Assembly (NCBI RefSeq): GCF_009914755.1
Contig: NC_060937.1
Direction: 5' to 3' (one strand)
DNA: 64,000 nt
Source: the human T2T-CHM13v2.0 reference genome, Homo sapiens
Shown piece after piece: positions 48,063-62,571 of this stretch; the stretch's first letter is position 1; each line of letters begins with the position of its first letter. Below the pieces are notes generated by a model. The model saw only the letters and a program-made list of their open reading frames with translations, was not told where the DNA came from and searched no databases. The translations under genes and the position numbers were made by a program.

Positions 48063-48435
48063 TGTATTAGTCTATTTTCACACTGCTATAAAGAACTACC
48101 TGAGACTGGGTAATTTATAAATAAAAGAGGCTTAATTGACTTACAGTTTTGCATGGCTGGGGAAGCCTCAGCAAACTTACAGTCATGGAGGAAGGCAAAG
48201 GAGAAGCAAGTACCTTCTTCGCAAGGTGGCAGGAGAGAAAGAGTGAAGGGGGATCTGCCACACACTTTTAAACCATCAGATCTTTTGAGAACTCACTCAC
48301 TATCAGGAGAACAGCATGGGGGAAACTGCCCCCCCCGCCATGAGCCAATCACCTCCCACCAGATTCCTATCCTGACACCTGAGGATTACAATTTGACATG
48401 AGATTTGGGTGGGGACACAGAGCCAAACTGTATCA
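48063..48435 (-). mobile_element. THE1D/MSTA-like MaLR solo LTR
   Basis: TGTATTAGTCTATTTTCACACTGCTATAAAGAACTACCTGAGACTGGGTAATTTAT...GAGATTTGGGTGGGGACACAGAGCCAAACTGTATCA. Confidence 0.9.
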
Positions 48436-48599
48436 AATTGTTTATATTTCTGTCACAAACTAGATAGACTAAGAGATATTAACCCTTTTCCATCTCAAGA
48501 TGGTGGCTAAATCTTTACATTTTCTTGCTTCTTATGTTGCAAATGAGTTTTGCATTACAGTACCAAGAGAAGAAATTGCATAGAAATAAAACCCATTTA

Positions 48600-49028
48600 G
48601 ATTTTTCTGTGGACCAGTCTAAAGGAAAATGTCATAGGATAATATTATGTCAATAAGACACCATCTTATTAGACTATTGGAGATTTTCCTCTGAGTGTTG
48701 AAGAAGTAAGCTGCAATGTTTTGAGAGTGCCACATGAATAGGACATGGGGGCAGCCTCTAGGAATTGATGGTGACTTCAGTTGACAGTCAGCAAGAAAAT
48801 AGGGACCTCAGTTATTTAGCCTCAATCAACTGAATTCTGCCAACAACCCAAATGTACTTGGAAGAAAAACCCAAACTGCAGATGAAAATTCAGCTTAGCC
48901 AACATTATCTTAGTGAGACCTTGTTCAGAGGACCAGTTTAGCCATACCTGAACCCTTGATGCTGAAAACTGAGATAAGAAATTTGTAAATTTGTGCTAAA
49001 TTTTTACATAGTAAGATAAACTAATGTA
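48600..49028 (+). mobile_element. MLT1E-like MaLR LTR
   Basis: TTGAAGAAGTAAGCTGC...GCAGCCTCTAGGA...CAGCAAGAAAATAGGGACCTCAG...AACTGAATTCTGCCAACAACC. Confidence 0.7.
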
Positions 49029-49780
49029 TAGATTCTCACTTTTTAAGACCCTAGGAAAGAAGAGGTTCTTTTCCTCCAATTGCTGACTTTAAATTTTCTA
49101 CCACTTTGAGGAGGATTACCAACAAATTATTTGATTTAGAGAAATAAGGAAAATTAGCATTTCTTAAATCTGAATATTTATAATAATACCTGTTCTCATC
49201 CTAAAGACAATAAAATATTTTTCTTTTAAAATTTTTATAGATTTACAATAAAATAATTATAAAGTGCAAAGTATCTGCTTTGTTCGAAATTCTAAATCCA
49301 TACCTAGCAGCAAATGATTGAGCTTCTCAGTACTCTAATTCCTTTATTGATAAAAGCAAACTGGTTGGAAGAATAACTGACTTACTTGTAATAATGCTTA
49401 CAACAATGCCAGCTATAATATGAACATTCAATAATTAGCTATAATGGCAATATTCTTATTTTTATTATCTTGTTAAGATATCTAATCTATATTGAACTTG
49501 TTTGGAATACTTTACAAAGTATGGATATAACAGATATAAATTGTTGTCTTACAGATGAATAATCTGTGGACCCATTTAAATTTCCTGTGTATTTAAGTTC
49601 TTGCTTTAACTGTATTGCTAACTTTTTGATTTATATCTTAATTGGACCTAGTTCTAGACTCTCTTCCACGTATCTATTTGCCTACCTCTCCACAGACACT
49701 ATGCGGATTTTTATTTTGTTGACTTATACTAACTCTTAATTTCGAGTATAAAAAATTTGAACTTGCTATTTCACTTTTTC

Positions 49781-50222
<442 letters not shown>

Positions 50223-50479
50223 CACTTTTTCAAGATTTTTTTTGGTCTACATTTATTTTGCACATAAACTTCAGAAACATTTAATCAAGCTTAAAAATAA
50301 AATTCTGAGTAATTTGTCACTAAATTTTTCTATTTTCTTTTGGCGTTTTAATGGTAATAAGTCTTCCCTTTCTGGAGAAAGGTTTATCTGCCATTTGTTC
50401 AGAACTAAAAAAAAATAAAAAATAAAAAATGAAAAAAAAATAAAGGATATTCCTCTATGGGACTCTGCACCCTACTGCT

Positions 50480-50625
50480 TTCTCAGTGTCCATGTTTCCG
50501 ATAAATTTGACTCCACCCCAGGATCTAGGAATGGAGCATGTTACCTGTACTTTACCTTGGCCACAATGACTGCCTAGCGATGGACACTTCACCCAAAGCG
50601 GGCCCATCAGATTTCATTGAACTTC
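50480..50625 (+). mobile_element. MLT1K/L-like LTR fragment, probably resuming at about 55985-56030 after the L1 block
   Basis: TGACTCCACCCCAGGATCTAGG...TTGGCCACAATGACTG...ACCCAAAGCGGGCCCATCAGA. Confidence 0.5.
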
Positions 50626-53062
50626 AAAACTAAAGATGTGCTTTTTTTCTTGTTGAGTTATTTGATGTCCTTGCAGATTCTGGATATTAGCCTTTTGTTA
50701 GATAGATTGTTTGCAAATATTTTCTCTCATTCTGTAGATTGTTTGTTTACTTAGCTGATTATTTCTTTTGCTGTGCAGAAGCTTTTTAGTTTAATTAAGT
50801 ACATTTGTCTACTTTGTTTTTGTTGTATTTCCTTTTGAGGACTTAGTCATAAATTTTTTGTCTAGACCAATGTCCAGAAGAGTTTTTTTCTAAGTTTTCT
50901 TATAGAATGTTTATATTTTCTGTTCTTACGTTTAGGTTTTTACACCATCTGAGTTAATTTTTGAATATAGTGAGAGATAGGGGTCCAGTTTTATGTTTTC
51001 TGCATATGGATATCCAATTTTCCCAGCACCATTTACTAAAGAGGGTGTCTTTTCCTCAGTGTATGTTCTTGGTACCTTTGTCAAATATCAGTTGACTGTA
51101 GGTATGTGGCTTTATTTCTGGGTTCTCTATTCTGCTCTGTTGATCCATGTGTCTATTACCAACACCATGTTGTTTTGGGTACTATAGCCTTGTAGTATAG
51201 TTTGAAGTTAGGTAATGTGATATCTCCAACTGTACTCTTTTTGCTTAGAACTGCTTTGGATATTTGGGTGCTTTTTGGTTCCATATGAATTTTAAGATTG
51301 TTGTTTCTAAATCTGTGAAGAATGATGTTGGTAATGCGATAGGAATTGCATTGAATCTATAGATTGTTTCAGGCAGTATGCTCATTTTATTGATATTGAT
51401 TTTTCAAATCCATAAGCATAGGATGCTTTTCCATGTGTTTGTGAAATCTATGATTTTTTTCATCAGTGTTTTGTAGTTCTCCTTGTGATCTTTTACCTCC
51501 TTGGTTAAATACAGTTATAGGTATTTCTGTAGCTATTGTAAATGGGATTGGATTATTGATTTTGTTCTCAGCTTGATTGTAATTGATATATAGAAATGCT
51601 ACTGATTTTTATATGTTAATTTTGTATCCTGAATCTTTACTGAAGTAATTTATCATATCTAGGAGTCTTTTGGGAGACTCTTTAGGGCTCTCCATTTATA
51701 AGATTATATCAGTAAACAGAAAATTTGACTTTCTCTTTTCCAATTTGGATGCCTTTTATTTCTTTCTCTTGCCTGATTGGTCTGACTAGGACTTCCTGTA
51801 CTATGTTAAGTGGAAGTGGTAAAAGTAGGCATTCTTGCCTTGTTCCAGTTCTAAGGTGGAATGATGACAACTTTGCCCTATTTAGTACACTCTCAGCTGT
51901 GGGTTTGTCGTATATGCCTTTTATTATTCTGAGGTATGTTCCTTCTATAGCTAGTTTGGTAAAAGTATGTATCATGAAGGGATGATGGATTTTATTGAAA
52001 GCTTTTTCTTTATCTACTGATATAATCCTATGGTTTTTGCTTTTAATTCTGTGTAGGTGGTGAATCACATTTATTGATTTGCATATGTTGAATCAACCTT
52101 GCTTCCCTGGAATAAAATCCACTGGATTGTGGCATGTTATCTCTTTGATGCGCTGTTAAAATTGTTTTGCTAGTTTTTGTGGAAGATTTTTACATCTATG
52201 TTCATCAGGGATATTCATTTGTAGTTTTCTTATTTTGCTGTGTCCTTGCCTAGCTTTAATACCAGGGTGATGCTGTCTTTGTAGAATGAGTTAGGGAGGA
52301 TTCTTCCTCCTGGGTTTTGGAGAACAATTTACGTGGGATTGGTGTCAGTTCTTTCTTGTACATCTGGTAGAATTCAGCTATGAATACAACTATTCCTTGG
52401 CTTTTTTGTGTTGGAAGATTTTGTTTATTACTGATGCAATTTCACTAATAGCTATTTGTCTGTTCAGGTTTTCAATTTCTTCCTAGTTTAAACTTGAGAA
52501 TTTGTATGTTTCCATAAATTTTTTCCATATCTTCTAAGTTTTCCAGTTTCTGCACATAGAGATAGTCAGTTTCTGATGATCTTTTGTATTTCTGTTGTAT
52601 CTTTTGTAATGACACTTTTAAAAAGTGGCAAAGGATACGAACAGACATTTTTCAAAAAGAGACATACAAGTTTTCAAAAACGTATGGATAAAATGCTCCA
52701 CACCACTAATTATCAGATAAATGAAAATTAAAACCACAATGAGATACCATCTTTCACCAGTAAAAATGGCTATTATTAAAAGGAAAAAAAAAACAGATGT
52801 TGATGAGGATGTGGAAAAAGAAATGCTTATATACTGTTGGTGGGAATGTAAATTAGTACAGCCTAAACAGTATGAAAGTTTCTCAAATAACTAAAAATTG
52901 AACTACAGTTTGATTCAGCAATTTCAATACTGGGTATTTATGCAAAAGAAAATAATTCATTTCATCAAAAGACACTTTCACTCATATGTTTATTGCAGCA
53001 CTATTCATAATAGCAAAGTCATGGAATGAATGTATTTATCATAATTGGATAGAAAATGTGGT

Positions 53063-53918
53063 TTAAAGAGAAAAACAACCCCACTAAAAGGTGGGCAAAG
53101 GAAATAAATTGACACTTTTCAAAAGGAGACGTACATACAGCCAACAAGCAGATAAAAAAAATCTCAACATCACTGATCATTAGAGAAATGTAAATCAAAA
53201 CTGCAATGAGATACCATCTCACGCCAGTCAGAATGGCTATTATAAAAGTCAAAAAATAACAGATACTGGCAAAGTTACATAGAAAAAGGAACATTTATAT
53301 TCTGTTGGTGGGAGTGTAAATTAGTTCAACTGTTGTGGAAAGAAGGATGGCGATTCCTCAAATATTAAAAGGAGAACTACCATCCGACTCAGCAATCCCA
53401 TTACCAGGTATATATCCAGAGGAATGTAAATCATTTTACCATAAAGACACATGCACATGAATGTTCATTTCAGCACTTTTCACAGTAGCAAAGACAAAGA
53501 ATCAATCTAAATGCCCATCAATGACAGATTGGATAAAGAAAATGTCATACATATACAACACAGAATACTATGCAGTTATAAAAAAGAATGAGATCATGTC
53601 TTTTGTGAGAACATGGATAAAACTGGAGACTATTATGCTTAGTAAAGTAATGCAGGAACAGGAAACCAAATACCACACATTCACACTTAGTACTGAAAGC
53701 TAAATGATGAGAACTCATGAACACAAGGAAAACAATGGACACTGGGGTCTCATTGAGGGTGGAGGGTGGGAGGAAGGAGAAAAGCAGAAAAAATAACTAC
53801 TGGGTAATGGGCTTAATAGCTGGGTAACAAAATAATCTTCACCACAAACCCCCATGGCACAAGTTTACCTATATAACAAACCTTCAACAGTACCCTTGAA
53901 CCTAAAATAAAAAAAAAA
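53063..53918 (+). mobile_element. Nested 5'-truncated older L1PA (L1PA13-15-like)
   Basis: Repeats the ORF2 C-terminus already present at 52619-53062; 3' end GCAGAAAAAATAACTACTGGGTA...CCCTTGAACCTAAAATAAAA. Confidence 0.8.
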
Positions 53919-55581
53919 TATATATATATATCTCATGTGAGAGAGATATATATATAATATATATATCTCATGTGACATATCTTATATATATCTTATATAT
54001 ATATCTCATATCTTATATATATCTTATATATATGATATATATAAGATATATATATCTTATATATCATATATATTATGTAATATATATAATATATACATAA
54101 TATATAATATATATTATATATAATATGTTATATATTATATATAATGTATATTATATAATATATATTATATATATAATATAGATAATATATTAAATATATA
54201 TAATATATATTATATATGTATATATTATATATTTTAAATATATTTAATACACATTATATACGTATATATTATATATTATATATATTAAATATATATAATA
54301 TATATTATATATGTATATATTATATATTATATATATTAAATATATATAATATATATAATATATGTATATATTATATATTATATATATTATATACATATAT
54401 AATATATATACATAATATATTATATTTGTATACATATATTATATATACATAATATATTATATATTGTATACATATATAATATATATACATAATATATTAT
54501 ATATATTGTATACATATATAATATATATACATAATATATTACATATATTGTATACATATAATATATACATAATATATTGTATATATTATATACATATATA
54601 ATATATATACATAATATATTATATATATTATATACGTATATAATATATATACATAATATATATATTATATACGTATATAATATATATACATAATATATAT
54701 TATATACGTATATAATATATGTACATAATATATATATTATATACGTATATAATATATACATAATATATATAATATACATATATATAATATACATAATATA
54801 TTATATATAATATACATAATATATTATATATATAATATACATAATATATTATATATATAATATACATAATATATTATATATATAATATACATAATATATT
54901 ATATATATAATATACATAATATATTATATATATAATATACATAATATATTATATATATAATATACATAATATATTATATATTATATACATAATATATTAT
55001 ATATATTATATACATAATATACGTATATAATATATATTATATACATAATATACATAATATACGTATATAATATATATTATATATATTATATATTATATAC
55101 GTATATAGTATATATTATATATATTATATATGTTATATATGTATATATTATATATTATATATGTATATAATATGTATTATATATGAGATATATACATATA
55201 TATGTATCTTATATATATATAAAATATATATGTATCTCACATGAGATATATATATCTTATCTGAGATATATATCTCATATATATGATATATAAGATATAT
55301 ATCTCATATATATGATATATAAGATATATATCTCATATATATGATATATAAGATATATATCTCATATATATGATATATAAGATATATATCTCATATATAT
55401 GATATATAAGATATATATCTCATATATATGATATATAAGATATATATCTCATATATATGATATATAAGATATATATCTCATATATATGATATATAAGATA
55501 TATATCTCATATATATGATATATAAGATACATATATCTTATATATGTATAATATAACATAATATCTAATATATCTAATATA

Positions 55582-55612
<31 letters not shown>

Positions 55613-55617
55613 GTATC
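53919..55617. repeat. About 1.7-kb AT-rich compound minisatellite, including a 25-bp unit x6 at 54813-54962 and a 29-bp unit x9 at 55264-55524
   Basis: Units TACATAATATATTATATATATAATA and AGATATATATCTCATATATATGATATATA, counted directly. Confidence 0.95.
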
Positions 55618-57839
55618 TCACAGAATACTACTCAGCCATGAAAAAGAATGAAATCATGACTTTTGTACCAACATAGGTGAAACTGGAGGCCATTATCCTT
55701 AGTGAAATGACTCAGAAACAGAGAGTCAAAAACTGTATGTTCTTACTCACATGTGGGAGCTGAACAATGAGTAAACACAAACATGCAGAGTAGAGTAACA
55801 GGCATTGGAGTTTCCCAGATATGAGTGTGGAATGAGAGTAAGGGATGAAATACTACCAGTTGGGTACAATGTACACTATTTAGGTGATGAGTACATTAAA
55901 AGCCCAGACTGTACCACTGTGCAAGGTATCTATGTAGTACCATCGTCCTCATGAACCTAAATCCATTAAAAAAAAAAAAAACCTGAGGATGTGTAATGCT
56001 GGAGGTGATGTTACCACTGTCACTCTGTAGAATTATTTTACAGCCAAGTTTGGAAAACCTAATGAGCTCAACTGGATGTTGTTTATAACTAAAAATAGAT
56101 TGGCACAATGGATGGATGCTTTACAATTGCTTTTTTTTGCTTTTAAGTGGTAATATAATAGGATTTTTTTACTCTGCTCTCTCCATCATACCTCAAAATT
56201 CAAGCTTTGATTCTTGTTCAGTTCTATCCCACTAATTACATGGGATTCTACCTCTTCCTGAAGGCTTTGGCTGTCTAGATATTAGAAGGAGAGAGCCCAC
56301 ATTGGGTTATAAAAATGAGACAGAGAAGAATTTAAGTTTGGCATAGATGGGCTTCATTTTTGATGGACAGGAAATAGGCAAGTTAGGATTGCAAGGGCAT
56401 CTTCTTTGGGCATATATGGGGAGCTGGCAAATGTTCTGGGAACAAGTAATGGGAAATGCTCAGTCAAGTGAAGCCTGGTGCATTTGTGAATGCTCTGCTC
56501 CTAGGGTGAATGATCACATAAACCATTTTTTTTTTCTGGGAAAAGTCCTCTGGGTTTATTCACATGATAGCTGGCCCTCTCCCCTCTTAGGCTAATTTCG
56601 TATTAACAGTTATGTTTCCCAGTTGAGAACTACTGATATTAATGTAGTTCACTTCTTCTTCTCAGTACTCTGTTCCTCTCTCATATTTATTTCCATGCTT
56701 TTCTCATGAAATATCTGTTCTTTATTTTTTCTTCTGGTAAAATAGACTATTACTATGTTTTGCTTTGTTTTCTATATACCTGGATAGCTTATTAAAACAA
56801 TGGCTTCAAATCATTAATGAGTAAAACAATAGTTTCTCTTTCCTTGAATATATAAATAATGTTTGCAGTCCACTAAGAGGTGAGAAGACAATGCCATCTT
56901 TTTAGTTTAAATATAAATGGGAATAATAGTACTATAGTTTGCTTTACATAAAACAAAAATCCCTGAATACTCTTTGCCAGCTAAATTAGCAATAGCCAAC
57001 TAAAAGCAAAATGAAATGAAGCCACAAATTTGTCTTTATAAAAATCTTACATAATTCTCAAAAAAGAGAGAATTTAGCAAGAAAGGTGCAAGAAATATGT
57101 AAAGAGGGGTATATATTTTTATCCATTATCAAAAAGTAGGATCTTATGGTCCAGAAACTCAGCTATCTAGAAGCTACTGCTCTTATTATTATAAACTCAG
57201 TAAAGCAGGAAAAGATATGAAATTAAACAGATGTCCGTAGATTATACAAAGCTAGTCAGAATTGAGCATATACTGCTGCTATCTTAAAATCTCTTGTTTG
57301 ATGCTTCATATCGTCTTTGCTGCTATGTTGCTTTTTCTCCAAATAGTGATATCCATCCCATGTTCTTTCCATGTTCTGAAAATTTTTTAGGGATCTCTGA
57401 TGCTGAACATTTCCATTGTATAGGTATGCTTTTGTTTTTCAATTTATTATCTTGATCTCATTTCACTTTTGTGAATTTTACTTCTCTAGGTGATGGAGAA
57501 TTTTCACTCCTACTATCTTCATGGGGTCAAATTACAACACAGATTTTTTAATCTGATTCTTAGGCCCTTAAACTCTCAAATTTTTCAAAAACTATCTACC
57601 TTTGACCAAAAGCAAATAAGAACAGTTTTAGTTTCATGATAACCTTACTGTTCAGATATTATATTTATATGTGTGTGCATGCTGTCTTCCCAGTACACAT
57701 ATTTTAGGAAAATAAAATCAACCCTCCATATGAAATTATCACAAAGTGATCTTGGCAATTTATGTGATAAATGGAGTAAGAACTTTTGCCTGTTTACATT
57801 CCATCTAAATTTTGACAGCTAACAATTAAATCTGTCTAT

Positions 57840-57980
57840 TGACATCTGAGTTCTTCTACGACTTGGATGTTTTAATGTCGATTTCACTGATGTACCTCAG
57901 GTGCCTAGAACAGACCTGGTGCACAACAGTTAATCTAAGAATATAAGAGACTCTTTTTCTGAATGAGCAAACAAATGACA
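57840..57980 (+). mobile_element. L2 3' terminus
   Basis: TTCACTGATGTACCTCAGGTGCCTAGAACAGACCTGGTGCACA...TGAATGAGCAAACAAATGA. Confidence 0.65.
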
Positions 57981-58034
57981 AATGATAATTGACTGTACAA
58001 GCAGACTTCCAAATCTGAACATTTTCTCATGAAA

Positions 58035-58430
58035 ATAATTGCTAGCATTTAATGAGTATAGGTCATGATCTAACTTTAACAATTTCCATTGTTTACATAG
58101 ATTTTTGTTATTTAAAAAACTCATCATCTTTATAAATGAAAAAAAGATTTAAAAGTTCCCTAAGTTGCTCATAGTCCAACAGCTAATAAAGAGAAAATCC
58201 AAAACTAAAAAATCACTTTTTTCCAAAGACAATTTTCCCTTCAAGGCTATACTGCCTGTTCAAAGTTAATCACTACTTCCTAGGTAACATTTGCATACTA
58301 ATTGTTTGATACCAAGTAGATTATTTAGTTCTCACAATCACACTACAATGTAGGCATTTTTTCCTCTTTTTATTGTTGAGGAAAGTATTACATTTGAATT
58401 ACACAGCCTTGAAGTCTTTGAATCTTGTCT
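58035..58430 (-). mobile_element. MIR fragments
   Basis: GCTAGCATTTAATGAG...CATCTTTATAAATGAA...AAGTTGCTCATAGTCCAACAGCTAATAA; TAGTTCTCACAATCACACTA. Confidence 0.5.
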
Positions 58431-60011
58431 TCCTTTTGTGGCCTCATGGAAGCTCAGGCAATTGTGTGTTGAGGTTCTTCAGACATGACCTCTGAAAAGA
58501 AATGTGAATACTCACTTGTCACATTTCTTCATAAGATAAGAAACTTCCATTCCACCATAAGAAGAGTATTCAAAAATCCTCCAGCTCTTTTAACCTCTGT
58601 ACATTGTTTCACATACCTATCCATTTGAGTGGCAACTTGGCTAATTGATGAACCTAGGAGAAGGAAATGGTGATACAGAGCTTAAGGTTTTCTGGGTCCC
58701 TGCTCTTTGGAGTGACCTCTTCTTTGGATGAATGCAGTCTTTCTATAATGGGGCTCATGGCCCATAATGCATAGAGGTCTGCAACCTTTGCTATGCCAGT
58801 GGCTTGGTAAACAATCTGGATACCAAACAACAATAAAGTGTTATGAAACCCTGTTGTGTCTAGATAATCTAAGACAAATTTTCCAGTTTGAATTTTATCA
58901 AATATATAACTGATATTTTGATCTCCATCTGTGTGATGCTTCTGAATGTTAGTTTAGAAATTTGGGGAGAAAAAGTGAGCTCCCTACATTTATCAAAATT
59001 ATCATGTCCTTTTTTTAATCAAGGAATTCTAAACTTAGAAGGTCTTCATTAATTCTTTGAATATTGTGGATCTCCATTATATACAGATAAATGGATTAAA
59101 TATTTGTGAGAGCACTTTATAAGTAGTAGTGGCTGTAAAGTATTTATTTACTATTTTACATTGGGATGAGTGAAGACAGGCACTTACCAATAATAACATG
59201 CTGTCTTCATTTGTCCATTAAAAAGAAAGAAAATTCAATTTAAAATGAAATATAGGAAAAATAGATGCTGGACAATGTTAAAACGTGCTGAAGAAAGAAT
59301 ATGGAAGTCTCCGTTGTAGACCACAACACTTACAATAATATTATCTTGTCAATAAAGTTATAATATGAGTAAATAAGTTACTGTTATATCTATACAATGA
59401 TATTAATTTAAATCTGGAAATTACAACATAAGTAATTTAGTTAGAGCCGTTAGTTTTAAAAGAAATAGCTTTGAACGATAGCAATTAACTACTGTCCAAG
59501 ATTGCATTGCCGCTCGTATCCAGAAGCAAGAATAGAACCAAGGGCTTCCTATATGAGAATCTGTATATATCACACCTGTTGTAGGACCTAGATCTCAATG
59601 CTAGATCTCAATCAATGTTAGTATGCTCTTTTCCCCTATTTGATTCTAGGATTAGGATACCCATACTCCAGTTGCTTCTATTTCTCATAAAAATCAGAGA
59701 CTTAACACTTTTCACGTGGGCAAAGAGAGTGTATCAAGTGAGTAATTTTCAAAGAAAGGGGGAATGAACAAAAAAGTTTTTATTGTCAAAATTGATACTG
59801 TCTCAAAGGGGAAAGTAAGTATGCAAACTTGTATTTTGCCCAATCATAAAGCTACCTCATTTAGATGAATAATTGTGTTCCTAAAATTGTTGAGTTTGGC
59901 CACATTTGTAAAATAAAATTGTATTCGAAATAGATGGAAATGGCTCAATGTGGATTAAAAATAGGTGCCAGATTTTATCGAATTGAAAACCTCTCAAAAT
60001 ATGAACATTAA

Positions 60012-60304
<293 letters not shown>

Positions 60305-60336
<32 letters not shown>

Positions 60337-60491
60337 CACATATATGTATATATATGTGTGTATATATATGTATATATATATGTGTATATATATGTATATA
60401 TATGTATATATATATGCATATATATGTGTATATATATATGCATATATATATGTATATATATATATGCATATATATATGTATATATATATAT
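60305..60491. repeat. (TA)/(TATG)/(CA) compound microsatellite at the Alu tail
   Basis: Seen directly. Confidence 0.95.
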
Positions 60492-61125
60492 GAACACTAA
60501 GTCCATTATCCACCTGCTCTCAATTGAAAAAATATATATTTTTTCTTAACAGGAAAATTTTGAGCAACTGTTGTTAATTTCTATAGAATTTAGACTAGTG
60601 TCTACTGGCATAGGATTGGGTGTGTTATTGAACATGGGTGTGAGTGTGAAGGACAGTGTTAGAATCTGAGTGGGAAGGTTCCTGTGTAAGAATAAGAGCA
60701 CATGTGAGCATAAATGTGAGACTGTGTGTGAGTATATGCAACCAGACCTTCATGAAATTAGGGTAAAATTTTCTATATATTTAGGGATGATGTTCAATAC
60801 ATCACTGGTAAACAGAATCTGTGCTCTTCCTTTATTGCACATGCCTTTTGGCTAAATGTTGCCTCTGTTTATACAGTTTGAGAAACCCCTCTTGTATTTC
60901 TGACACTTTTCCTTTCTCCCCCTGAGAAGTCCTCCTTTAGATTATGATCTTGATAAGAAACCACTGGTTTGTCTTACTTTTTTTTTTCTTTTTTCTTTCT
61001 TATTGGCAGATACGACAGTTGATAGTATCTTCTCAGTTGTGCAAATGTTGTCTAAAAGACAAATCTGACTCACAGGTGATGTTATGCATATGCAAAAGTC
61101 TCAGCTTTAGGCTTTTAATATGTAG

Positions 61126-61405
<280 letters not shown>

Positions 61406-62510
61406 GAGATACACTATTTTTTATTGCAACTACTTGGTTAGTCAGGGTTCTGTCCTTTTTCACAGTACTTTGTTCAGCCTCAGTAAAATTATTTTGTAGG
61501 TTTGAAGCTAGTATTCGGTCATTTACTTAAAAAAATACTTTTTTTCATTTAATTTTTTCTCATTTATTCTAAAAGAATTTTCCCCCATTTTCTATCATGC
61601 AAATGAATTCAGAATCTATAACTTAATAGTTATATTTTTTCAGTTTGAACTATATGTAACCTTATGGGACAATCTGAATTTTAACATCAATGAAAAAATC
61701 CTTAGCATAACATATGAGAATTTTTAACTGAAGTTTTAATGAGCTGAGGTAAGCAAATTTGCGTTTGATATCTACTTTTAATTGCATATGAGTCTATTTG
61801 TTCAACTACAAATTAATTTATACAAGGGTTATACAACTGGTAATGGTACCTCATGTTTGATTTGACAAGTTTAATGTTTTTTAGAAATTTGAATTTGAAT
61901 AATTTTAAGAAAAAGCATCAAGTTCTAATTTTCTAGGTTTCTCATCACTTTCTGTTTTATGAGCATGTATATGCATCATTTTACCCACTTGGCCACACAA
62001 AACGTTTAAGATTGAGATGCTCAAATTAAAGGAATGTTAATAACAAATTCAAAATAATGCAAAGAATGCAGAATTAGCTGCATTAGTGCAATTACAACAA
62101 CTTGAAAAGCTAAAATCTTGCTAATAATAATAAAAATGTAACTACAATTCCTGACTAACTTATTCTAGGATGCCCCTTGGAAGAACTGGAAATTTAAAAT
62201 CTGTGGTCACAAAGGAGAGTAAAGAGAAAAGACATGCTACCCTCTAAAATTACATAATTTGTTAAAAGAAGACAGAAAACAATAGATAAAAGAAAAACAG
62301 GATGTTGGGAGAAATGTGGGAAGAAGACACAAAGTAAAGAAGACAAAAGTCAAGTAACCTTCTGAGGACAAAGAAGCAATTCTTTGGTTTCATAAATACT
62401 TTCAAATTTATATTTAGCTTATTCATTTCTATAATCCTTATGTATTTCTCTTACATTTTTCCATAGTGTCTATTAATTGTATCTTTACTTGAATGGAAAT
62501 TACCTCTTAC

Positions 62511-62571
62511 CAGAGTGAATGGTATATGTCAGAGTGACTGGTATATGTCAGAATGACTGGTGTATGTCAGA
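62511..62571. repeat. 19-bp tandem repeat x3
   Basis: CAGAGTGAATGGTATATGT / CAGAGTGACTGGTATATGT / CAGAATGACTGGTGTATGT. Confidence 0.9.

Larger units (their letters stand above)
50641..55981 (+). mobile_element. Twin-primed L1PB3/4-like element: inverted ORF2 at 50641-52618, sense parts at 52619-53062 and about 55618-55981
   Basis: Minus ORF 51709-52068 is RT-like. L1PB-type 3' end AAAAGCCCAGACT...poly-A. Degenerate TSD AAAACTAAAGATGTG (50626-50640) versus AAAACCTGAGGATGTG (55978-55993). Confidence 0.82.

Noticed and set aside
54216-54794. Tyr/Ile-rich ORFs of up to 124 aa (also at 60183-60549 and 44275-44830)
   Set aside because: These are translations of TA or GATA simple repeats
55264-55524. 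29-bp palindromic repeats resembling a CRISPR array
   Set aside because: Head-to-tail units with no spacers, no cas genes, and a mammalian context
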